The notes below the pieces were generated by a model, which was given only the letters and a program-made list of their open reading frames with translations, had not been told where the DNA came from and made no database searches. This document shows positions 40,212 through 49,500 of a stretch of DNA of 64,000 bases, piece after piece. The DNA lies in the NCBI GenBank assembly GCA_002633005.1, contig NMRA01000043.1, forward strand, positions 599,466-663,465. The letters run 5' to 3'. The position numbers and the translations under genes are program-made. This stretch comes from Phoronis australis (lineage: Eukaryota; Animalia; Phoronida). Each line of letters opens with the position of its first letter. Positions within the stretch are counted from its first letter, which is position 1.

Positions 40212-41839
40212 CAAGAGAAGTGTTATATGTACGTGTGTGTGTGTGTTTTCAAGAGAAAAGCGCCACATATCTCTTGTGTCTTTAGATGTGGCCAAATATC
40301 TCTTGTGTCTTCAGATGTGGCCACATATCTTTTGTTTTTCAGTCAGGTGAGAAGTTTCAACAGATAAATGAGGCGATGCGTGCTGTGAAAAGAAAGCAGC
40401 CAGGGTTTGCTACCTCCAATCGACAGAAGAAGCTCACGTTTGAGACGTTTGAAGAACACAGGTGAGTAGGCAACAGGGCTTACTTCACTTCATTGCCTTT
40501 CATGTGTTGGAATAAAAACTTATGATTGTGATTTAATCCATTGAGCAATTGTCCAGTGGTTTATCATGTACAATTGTCCTATAATTACCATATACCATGG
40601 TTACCATATACAATTATTGTATAAAAAAACACAGAACAAGGCCAAAAATACAGTCGGTACTGGTCTGTTTTTTTAAATCAAGTTGGTGATGTATATTTTA
40701 GCTACTCACTTTTCTATTAAAAAATCACCTAAGATGATAAAAATGATGTAGATTTGTCTTTATTTTTACTTATCACTTGGCAAATCATGCCGTCTCAATC
40801 GTTGCTTACCCTTGCTTGCATACCTTCATACATCTTTTCCTGATGTTGATGCGGGCAGACATTTCTTTCTATTTCCTTTGAGTCGGTGAATGCAGGCTTC
40901 AAAGTGAGTTTGGATAGAGACCACAACCTAGTATGCTCTTTTTGGCTAACATTTCTTCTGTATTATCAAACAGACATTTGATGATTTGCAAGTGCAAGAG
41001 CAACTGAAAGTTGTTTTTACTTGATCTAGTCACCAAAATCCCTTTTTGCTTTGTCACCCCGCTGCACCAACTGAAAGTTTAGTTAGAATAAGGTATGGCA
41101 CTATATCCATCAACTTTCTTGATGAATGTTCACAAAACTTGGCAAATAATATTCAAACAAGGAGACGGCAGCACTCGCCTCATACCTGACAGATTTGCAA
41201 TATAGCCATCCGCGGATTTGTTTATACCAATGAACTTAAAGATTCAAAATACTTTTCAGAATAAGTAAAATATATCTGATTGACCTAAAATGCCATCAAA
41301 AAGGCATTAGTCCCCTTAACTCAACCTTCAAGTTGTCCGCTCAACAGAGTTTACTGTTTATGTTTCAGCTGTCCTGACCAACTTACAATCAACACAGATC
41401 ATGTAAGAGATGTTGTTACAAGGAAAACTGTGGAGCTAGGTAAGGCTTGTTTACTTCCTTTCACTAATTCATGTGTTATACATATGTGTGACACATTCTC
41501 TATATTGGGTAATGCCTATTGAGATACTTTGGTAATGCCTTAATCATAGAGGGCGCTGGTGATCTGTTAACTTATTTTTTTACTTGGTTAATCGTTCACA
41601 TGTCTAGAATGAAGTGGATTACAACAATATTTTGGAGTTGGTGGTTTTGTGGTTGTTTTACACAGTCATTTGAGTCATGTTCGCCTGTGTGTTATTGAGT
41701 TCTTACTACTGTACAAGTGCTTATGTGTCCATCGACAAATGAATTCTGCTTGCCATTTCATTGGATGGCAGCTTTGGATGACAAAATTATGATTTTCAAG
41801 TTTTCAGGAGACTCTGGTGCACTAGATTTGATAGTCTGA
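4877..41839 (+). CDS. RB1: Retinoblastoma protein (RB1-type pocket protein), 25 coding exons, about 855 aa
   Basis: GT-AG exons in consistent phase: 4877-5002, 6992-7047, 7349-7444, 7948-8079, 8487-8528, 12194-12276, 13439-13549, 18013-18104, 18836-18901, 19710-19870, 20774-20864, 22554-22727, 23427-23541, 24327-24484, 25052-25209, 28049-28161, 28478-28542, 30551-30628, 33643-33750, 35852-35977, 37084-37148, 39962-40091, 40343-40461, 41369-41439, 41808-41839 (sum 2568 nt). Peptides match RB1: FSALCTKL; [20 protein letters not shown]; pocket [32 protein letters not shown] and [17 protein letters not shown]; pocket [22 protein letters not shown] and [10 protein letters not shown]; C-terminal [23 protein letters not shown]. 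The last two exons and the start codon are less certain. Confidence 0.95.
6505..6666. repeat. Tandem duplication, about 74-bp unit x2
   Basis: ATGTTCTGA..GATAACTTG.TATGCCACCTTCACTGCTATGTTATCTGGT..TACATG occurs twice. Confidence 0.85.
8548..8844. repeat. 34-bp minisatellite (left part), directly after RB1 exon 8487-8528
   Basis: GTAATAGTGTTAGATTGCTCCACACCTAATGCTTG-like unit repeated about 8 times; the array resumes at 11660. Confidence 0.92.
8849..11655. mobile_element. 2.8-kb TTAA-flanked DNA transposon (Kolobok-like) inserted in the minisatellite
   Basis: TTAA at 8845-8848 and 11656-11659; imperfect TIR AGACATAGTTTCACACC / AGAGATTGGTTCACAGC (13/17); excision rejoins a minisatellite unit. 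No intact transposase seen. Confidence 0.72.
11660..11870. repeat. 34-bp minisatellite (right, more degenerate part)
   Basis: Same GATAATAGTGTTAGATTG...CCTAATG unit as 8548-8844. Confidence 0.88.
12726..13317. mobile_element. Non-autonomous hAT-like element with 5-bp TSD
   Basis: TIR CAGTGCTC/GAGCACTG, flanking TTTTA on both sides, subterminal GGCGACC motifs. Confidence 0.65.
14358..15392 (+). mobile_element. Non-autonomous TIR element with 6-bp TSD (family A, copy 1)
   Basis: TIR CA(T/G)ACCTGTGTACCA; TSD TATCCA (14352-14357, 15393-15398); both arms are highly similar to 37184-37897 but the centre differs. Confidence 0.85.
16278..17397 (+). mobile_element. Helentron-type non-autonomous element (HINE/DINE-like) with internal tandem repeats
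   Basis: 5' TTTTTATGCGCCC, 3' sub-TIR GGGTGCAT, stem-loop CAACG-TTCCG-CGTTG and terminal CTTGTT; internal units with recurring CCTAGTGG. A second copy lies at 31528-32706. Confidence 0.75.
17600..17945 (+). repeat. Dispersed repeat, partly present in reverse orientation at about 36400-36600
   Basis: GGCAATAAGTGGAATGAACATATA...CACGTGGCAGC...AAGCAGAGAGTGTGAATGCA matches the reverse complement of 36418-36580. Confidence 0.75.
18186..18350. repeat. 33-bp minisatellite x5
   Basis: AAGTAGGACAGTTGCCATAACCATCTAAAGTAC units, about 80 bp after exon 18013-18104. Confidence 0.9.
21072..21343. mobile_element. Small MITE
   Basis: TIR CAGTGTTCTCCACAAC / GTTGTGGGAAACATTG; TSD not clean. Confidence 0.5.
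21596..21780. repeat. 57-bp tandem repeat, about 3 copies
   Basis: CACAAATTGTTAGAAGTGCACAAATATCTCAATGTCAAGGTCACAAGCCCACAAAT repeated. Confidence 0.9.
24700..24870. repeat. 34-bp near-perfect minisatellite x5
   Basis: CTGGAAACACTAATAAGGCTTATCTATGGAGGTA units. Confidence 0.93.
25192..25562. repeat. 38-bp minisatellite whose first unit includes the RB1 exon end and splice donor
   Basis: AACACAGCACCATGTGATCT|GTAAGTTGATAGTTCAGT-like unit, about 10 copies. Confidence 0.9.
27963..28004. repeat. (GT)n/(GTGC)n microsatellite
   Basis: Read directly from the sequence. Confidence 0.95.
30986..31499. mobile_element. MITE with 6-bp TSD (family B)
   Basis: TIR CAGGGCTTGGAAT / ATTCCAAGCCCTG; exact TSD TGGAAG; subterminal TTCCGC repeats. 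Confidence 0.88.
31528..32706 (+). mobile_element. Helentron-type non-autonomous element, copy 2
   Basis: Collinear with 16278-17397; ends GCGCATTTCAACGCTCTGCGTTGTTCTTGTT. Confidence 0.72.
32816..33160. mobile_element. MITE with about 30-bp TIRs
   Basis: GGTCTAATCTTAGTACACGAAATCAAACT versus AGTTCAATTTCGAGTACAAAGATTAGACC; a related sequence occurs at about 63095-63245. Confidence 0.6.
33255..33640. repeat. 33-bp minisatellite running into the acceptor of RB1 exon 33643-33750
   Basis: GGTGTTCTTGTTGTTGAGATTGTATTTTATGGA, about 11 copies; the final GGTGTTCTTGCAG forms the acceptor. Confidence 0.92.
37184..37897 (+). mobile_element. Non-autonomous TIR element with 6-bp TSD (family A, copy 2)
   Basis: CAGACCTGTGTACCA...TGGTACGCAGGTCTG; TSD TAGCAC; 35 bp downstream of an RB1 donor. 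Confidence 0.87.
38147..39785. mobile_element. TTAA-flanked Kolobok-like non-autonomous transposon nested in an older dispersed repeat
   Basis: TIR GGTAGGTGTATACAC / GTGTATCCACCTACC (14/15) with TTAA on both sides. The rejoined flanks match the repeat at about 29010-29110 and 57545-57680. Confidence 0.85.
40105..40342. repeat. (GT)n compound repeat followed by a 29-bp triplication of the acceptor region
   Basis: TGTTCAAGAGAAG.GTTATATGT(GT)n units, then CCACATATCTCTTGTGTCTTCAGATGTGG about 3 times, ending at the RB1 acceptor. Confidence 0.88.
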
Positions 41840-42663
41840 TGGCTATTTCCATTTATAAGAAACACATATGGATGAAAACTTTCTCTTCTATCTGGTCGTA
41901 TGTAGGCACATGCTAAAATGATACACAGTTTTGAATTAAATGAACAAGGAATGTGAGGGTAACATTCTATTTCGGTTCTGAATTTCTTTTGCTCTTTTCC
42001 TATAGTTGCTGCATTTGGACACTCGGATGAGAATGCCAAGTGATTGGGGTGAAGTCGTGGAAACAAAAGTCGTGAGATTTTTATCTAGTGGAGGGTATTT
42101 CCCACATTTCTGTTAATTCTCAACAATAAGTGAATTAGAAACTTGTTGTAGTTGAATGTGGTCAAATAGTAGCGTTGCATAACACAATGCTTATTAAATC
42201 AAGTCTAAAGTCAGCTTTAAATTAGATTATGACTGGTTCCAATGCAAATTCATTGATAACCTCTGTGTTGAACTTCAGTGATAAGGGGTGTAAGGATATT
42301 CAGTGATAAGGACTCTAATGAAGTCAGCTATAAACAGGTTCATTATCAACTGCACAGGGTCAGTTACAAGTGAATGTGTGTCGTTCTGGAACCTGGCTCA
42401 CCATAAGAAAAAGTTGTATAAATGGTTTCTATGCCCAATAGAGGTCACTAGATATGTTGTTGTATTTGACTCCCACCTCCTTTTTGTCTAAATACATTGA
42501 ATGGGTGGTGTTATAGTGGTCTTCCTTTTTGCCAATGTAAAGTTTTGTTAATTTGAAGAATGCAATTAGCATATTGTTTTTGTTGATTACATAGTTGTTT
42601 GAAATGGGGATTTTATTGAGCTTAGTGAACCAAGGTTTGTGGTAAATGTTTGCATTTCATCTT

Positions 42664-42814
42664 AATAAATTGCTCTTTTATAAGACTTTGTATTTTGATG
42701 TCTGTTGTGTGATAATAATTATGTGACATTTAGGCAATAGTGGAGTCTGTGCCATGAAAAGGTGAAAATGTTTAGAAAACAAACTGTAAATGTTTATTAT
42801 TAATCTTGAATAAA
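42664..42814. terminator. Candidate poly(A) signals of the convergent RB1 and PKS transcripts
   Basis: AATAAA on + at 42664 and 42809; AATAAA on - at 42798-42793; GT-rich tract after 42670. Confidence 0.45.
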
Positions 42815-43561
42815 GTAAATAACCTCCGCACCAAGTTCACCATAGGACTTCCCTGAACACAAAAATATGTGATTCACATATCTTCTTTTCAAATGCAAAA
42901 TAGGTATGAAAACTTTAAATTAGTAGATATTTACATATCACATGTATGTATGAGAATATTATTCAACACAGTCAACTTATACGTCACACCACAATGGCCA
43001 CATCGGAAGTCTCACAACCAACAAATAAGACACAAGGGGTCTCGTTCAAAGCAGGCCAAGTCAATCATTCGCGGCATCGCGATACATTTCATGAAATAAT
43101 ATGTCTAGTAAGGGACTTTGTCCTGAGATTTTTGGAATGTCTGCTAATGCGCCAAAAGCGGCTTTCTACAACAACGTGATTCATCGTTTGCGTTTTTAAA
43201 CATTTGTTAGATACTAAATAATGCTGTTAAAAACGAGAATAAAAAAGAACACATTCACTCGCACGCATACATTATTTACCACATTTATGCATCGTTATTG
43301 AAAGACGAATAAGCTGGGGTGTTGACAATTAACTGACCTGGAATAAGTCTAATTATTATCGCCAAATATTTAAAGTTCATACCGTAACCATTCGTTTCAT
43401 TAAGTAAAATCTTCCAAGACCTAATAGATGAGTTTCTTAAAAACATGCGATTTTTTACCGCGTTTGCTTTCTGCAAAATAAAAGCTGCTCTTTAGAACTA
43501 CATAACAAAAATAACTTGCTGCATTATAACTGCTAGGTTTAGATTAACTCGTTCAGCAATC

Positions 43562-46500
43562 TTAGAACGAGATGACCACCTCTCCTGCCAAAGCTTTCTC
43601 AAGTAAACTGGCCGTGGTCATGCCGCCCAGTATATCTAGTTGGGATATGCTCAAGTCGAATTCCTTGTTTACCCAGTTCACCATGTCTACGGCCATCAGG
43701 GAGTCGACGCCGTAGTCGATCATTGGTCTGCTTGTGTCTATGGCGTCAGCGGACACGTAGAGGATTTCGCTTAATTTGGCGATGAACTTCTTCTCCAGGT
43801 CTTCACTTGTGATACTTTGGTTACCTAGAAGAACGTGTTGTGGTCATACGCGAGATGTCAATGGTGCAACGTTTCCACTATAATTCTTACCGTCTTGTTT
43901 AAGTCTGGTGTAAACCCACCTTTCATCAAAAACGAATTTTTGATTCAGACCTCTTTACCGCGATAAAAGTGATTTTTAACGTCTTTCTAACACATGTGAG
44001 AAGGGGTTTCCGGGCTTGGAAAGAAGTGGTAATTCGTTAACACGTAAGACCATACTAGGCGCTTAAATGACCTGCCGTGACAAGCCATCTTGTTGACTCT
44101 CGTCTCAAGCAATACCAATTGACAGTTCTTTCTAAGTTTCAGAGTTTCACCCTCATGAAAAACTCACAAACAGTACATTTGCTTGGAGAGGTTAGATAAA
44201 TTCAGTTTCTGTGGTGGCCTAGAATTTTGACCGTGTCCTACAGTTAGTGAACATACGATGTCTCCCCTTTGTTGTGGTTATGTTACTTACCTGATGATGT
44301 TTTGTTGGATGTGAGAAGGTGGCGAATTTTCATCATATTTCTGTGACAGAACTGCGCCGTGGACTCCCACTCCTGCAAAAGACAATGTTCAGTCAATCAC
44401 AACCAATGTTGTAGCCACAAAACAGCTTCTAAAAATGGTTATGGATTTTATTTTTATTGATACACTGCATGTCGCTAATGTCTAATTTATTTTGTTTGAA
44501 ATAGCAATCGACAAGTTCTAGTTGACTTTTTTATCTAAGGAACGAGTTATGCAAAACAGTTTCATTCCTTGTATTCGACATAAATAACCGGGATTTACTT
44601 GTGGATGTATGTTATTTTTTCATAAAAATTTAGTATAAAATATCTTTGAAAGTACGTACCATATTTGCCAAAGCCACAACTGGAGGGACGTCTGCTTGCT
44701 GGAGTATCTTTGAGAACATCTCCAAGTATTCTGCGATGTGGAGCGTCCTCAAACCTTTGCTGTGAACGATCTTGGATGCCGCCGCTTTTCCTTCGAGAAA
44801 GCCAGCGCCTCGGACAGCGCCCATTTGAAGAGATAGCCCTGGCAGTCCTTCATTGCGTCTCTGAGTCGCCAACTCATCCAGGAAAGCATTGGCAGCGCAG
44901 TAGCTAGCTTGCTCAGGATTACCCCAAACAGAGTTGATGGATGACATCATGACAAAATAGTCCAAATCCAGGTGTTTTGTGCACTCGTGCAGGTTATACG
45001 CACCAAATGCCTTGGCCCTGATTCCTCGAGTGAGTTGATCTTCTGTCATCTTTGAAATCGACGAATCGTCAATTACCGCTGCTAAGTGAAAGACGCCCTT
45101 GAGCGGCGGTGCAGGAGACAGAAGACTCTGAAGCGCCTGCTCTACGGCTGTCTTGGAGGCTACGTCAGAGCGCAGCTCCTTCTCGTAGACAGTTATGCCC
45201 TGACGTTGCAGGTGTTCAAGTGTGCATCTTTGTAATCGCGTCTTGCATCCACTTCTTGACATCACGGCTATGTGTTTGGCCCCCTTCTCTCCCATCCATC
45301 TGACCAAAGCTTGACCAATGCCGCCGAGACCTCCTGTTACTAAGTACGTAGCTTCAGGTTTGAAACACTGTGGGGACTGCTTCACCTCAGCTGGCGTGAA
45401 TCGAGCAATATTCATGACGATTTTACCGATGTGCTTTCCTGTCATCATCCATCGAAATGTGTCCTTGTATTCCGATAAACATCTCACGTGGGTTTCTATT
45501 GGTTTTAGCGTCCCTTCTTCTAGCAAGGAACACACTTTCTCGAGGATTCTTTTGACGGCCGTGGGTCGTTGGTTCATAAAAATGTCGATTTGTACGGACA
45601 TGAAACTCTTGTTTTCCAACAATGACTGCATTTGTAATGAACTGTTGGAGAGAATGTCGCGTTTGCCGATCTCACAAAATCGTCCCCCTGGTTTAAGCAC
45701 GTCAATGCCTCTCCGGATATATTCTCCTGACAGACTGTTAAGAATGACATCTACTCCTTCTCCTTGTGTCCACTCCAAAATGTCGTCTGCAAAAGACAAA
45801 GAGTGCGAGTCTGCCACGTGTGGCACGTTACACTTGTTTCTCAAATATTCTCTTTTCATCTCACTGCCAGCAGTGCAGAATACTTGCGCACCAACCATTC
45901 TTGCGACCTGAATTGCCGCCTGTCCAACTCCGCCACAAGCAGAGTGTATCAAAACAGATTCTCCCTTTGTTAACCTTGCACGTTCGATAAGGGCGTGATA
46001 GGCAGTGGTATAGACTATAGCTACGCCAGCAGCATCTGTTGTTTGAATGTTTGGAGGCTTCTTAACCACCAGATCGGAATGACAAACTGCATGTGAACCG
46101 AAACAATGATCACCAAATGCGATTACCTCGTCACCTGGTTTTAGATGTGTAACGTCTTTTGAGACTTCTTGCACCGTTCCAGCGCACTCTAAACCGAACT
46201 GTGGGGAAATACTGAGACCATCAAGCAGCCCTGTTGTCATCATGATGTCTTTGAAATTTACAGCAGCGGCACTGACCTTCACAAGAACCTGATTGTGTGA
46301 AAGTGGGCGGAGCTTGTACTCATAGAAGCTGATTTCATCCACGTGTTTAGCATGCTGAGGAAAGTCGAGTTTCCAATTTTCTACTTGTGTTAATTTGTCA
46401 TGAATCATGTTGTTACGAACTAAGCGTGGTACTAAGGTGTCTGTCTTGGTAAGAACAAGCTCTCTGTCGGACAAATTCCTCTCAAGAAATATTTCTCGTA

Positions 46501-49500
46501 GTTGCCTACACTCTGATTCAATGTTGTCGATGGTGACGGTAAACATCGGGAAGTCAGGCATTTCGTTGCAAACAACTCTGGTGAAACCTGTTGGAAGTCC
46601 CGTGAATGGCGTGTCTTTATTGCCTAAAGTGACAACCCAGAAGCTTTCGATATTTTTTAAATGTGCGTGCGCCTCTTTTACAAGTTTCATTGTCGTGGTG
46701 AGTGTTCGGTCGTTCTTGTCCCAAATATAAGCAATGTTAAGCTTTCGTTCATCAAGATCAACCAGTTGGTCAAAAGCCGGTAAACACTTTGGAGTGTATG
46801 TTTCAACTGTGCTAGACGGCAGCATGGTCATAAAATGCTCACTTTCTTCAGCTGAATTTGTGATAAGGACCCATCTTTCATTGGATTTCACTGCAACAGA
46901 TGCAGAGCTTGAGGGCTTCGACTTTTGCCCGAAAATGATGGAGTGGAAGAACTCGTTCGGTGAGGACACTGCCACGACGTTCTTGAGGCCTCCACGTGTG
47001 AAGAGTTCGCACCATCCTTCCTGTGGTAACCAACATGTGTCGACACGTTCGTCTGCGTAAACCCAACACAGTTCAAGAGAGCCAAATATGATTTCAGGTG
47101 TAGAAAATCCTCGAGTTGCTTCGTACATCATCATCCAACCGTCCTCACTTAGTAGATCCGTCATGTTCTTCAGGCCCTCGTTTAAGTGGACTGCTGAGTG
47201 CAAGGTGTCCATGCAGATGACAATGTCAAAAGTGCCTGGAACAAATCCTTGCTCGGACACGTCTCTTTCGATGTCCAACTGCTTGTATTTAACTTGAGGA
47301 AAGTCAGCTAATGTCTGCCTTGCATGGGCAAAGAATGTAGTGTTTAGGTCAGTAAATACGTATTCCAGATGACCCGAATTTAGCATTTCGCTGCATGACT
47401 TGAGCATATACCGAGCTAGCCCTCCCATGCGCCCACCAACTTCAAGGACTCGGACAACGCTTTTGCGTTTCCCAGCTTCCTCGATGGCCCTACACACAAT
47501 GTCAGCTCCCGCTTTGTAATAGAGTCTTGTTGTCAGAGAGTCGATGAAGTATGTAGCTAAAGCGTCGGCCGCAAATAGCACAGATAGTGCACCGGAAGGC
47601 TCTTTCAGTGTCTCGCAGAGATTTGAGCCCAGTCTTTGGAACATACTCAGTTCCACCTTCATCTCTGGTAGCTTTTGTTGTAGTTCTGCCATCGTTTTCT
47701 CAGCTTCTGCGAAATCTAGGATATCGGTGCGACCAGCAATCATCTGTTCCAGACGTTTAACGTACTTCTCATTCCGTGGATGTCTGTCTTCAGCTGCGAC
47801 TTGAGAAAGCGCGTGGTGGCTGTACGAAATAGCAATTTTGTCCACCGTGATCATGAATGGCTCCACTTTGCTTATTTTTTCCAGTTCATCTGCGTAGTTC
47901 TTTGCCAGGTTTTCCCCACTGAAGATTTCTTCTGCCAGTTTAGTTGGAGGTAAGCATGACTTTCTAGGTTGCCATGCTGTGGTGTACAAGCAGGAATGAG
48001 TATCGACGCCTGATTTCGTGCCGGAAACATTTTGTGCCACAAAGCCAAGCATTTCGACGAGAAGCTCGCCTGTTTCGCTTGCAAGTATGATGTCGGCGTA
48101 AACACTATCGTGTGAGTGATCAGTGACCTTTGCGTAGGCAACTAGTTGTTGTTCACACGGCACGGTGTTAACGCGCATGTTGAACTTGTTGATTTTTACG
48201 GGTAGGTAAGTGGTTGTCCCCAAACCAGCCGCTATCAATGCCACTTGAAAGCAGCCATCTAGCGTAGGTACGTGAATCCTTTCCTCACTTTTGGCACAAG
48301 TCAGAAGTGCAAATGCCTCACCACTAGAAACGTAAACTTCCTTGATGGCTTCAAATGCGGTGCCGTACTCTAGGCCGATGTCTCTAAATGAGTCGTAAAT
48401 ATGCTCTGTCGTTAATGCAGTGCTGCAGCGTTCTCGGATTTCCTTTATGGGCAGTTGCGTCATGGTAGCTTTCGTGTGCGACAATTTCATTTGTGCATGT
48501 TCGCCTTTGTCAGACGTCATGTGTATCACTGACCCGTCTATGGATGCTTCAAGTTTTGCTGCTGACTTTTCCTCAAGCACAAACACGTGTTTGAGCTGAA
48601 CATCTTCTAGCGAAGGAGTGTCGTTGTCTGCACAGTAAGACTGGAGACCGTACTCGATGTAGCCCGCACCTGGGAAGACAATTGATCCATTGACCACGTG
48701 GTCAGCGAGGTATGGAAACATCTCCGTCGATATGACACCGTGCTGTCCCTTGAAGGTGCGGTCAAACAACCCAAGGCGATTCTTTTTCATGTGTTCAGAC
48801 TCCTCTTGTAGTGTAACATGATCCCATGAGTATGCCGGTACCGGAGCCCATTGGCAGTTGTTGTTATTGACGTGTGCCCAGTCGATATTCCCTCCGCTTA
48901 CATAGACATTGCCCAATGATCGAAGCATCGACAGTCTATCATCTTTTTGGCGCTGGCATGACGTCACCACGATAGGGACAGTTAGCTTTAGGTTCTTCGC
49001 TGTCTGCGAAACACAGGACATCAACGTCGGAGAAGCGCTGCACTCCAAAAATAAATCGATGTTTTCGTCTTGAAGAATCTTTTGTGTTGCTGATAGAAAG
49101 TTGACTGGGTTACGGATGTTGTCCCACCAATATTGCACGTCGAGATGACTTTGAATGCGCTCTCCTGTCACAGTGGAATAGAATGCAGGGAACTGAGAGT
49201 TGAGTGGGTGAATATCCGTGCTTTCAAGAAACTGATCTTTCATTGGTTCCATGTGTGGCGTATGAAATGCACACTTCACTCTCAAACGTTTGGCCTGAGT
49301 AGGATATTGTTCGGCCAGTGATTGGATGATATCTTCGTCTCCAGCGAGTGTGACCGATCCAGGAGCGTTGATGCAGGCCACATGCAGATCACTGTGCGAC
49401 TTGCATAGTTTGGTAGCATCATCTACTGAAGCTCGGTAGGCTGCCATGGCACCTTTGCCTACGAAGTGCGCTTGCAATCTGCTGCGGTGGTAGATGACTG

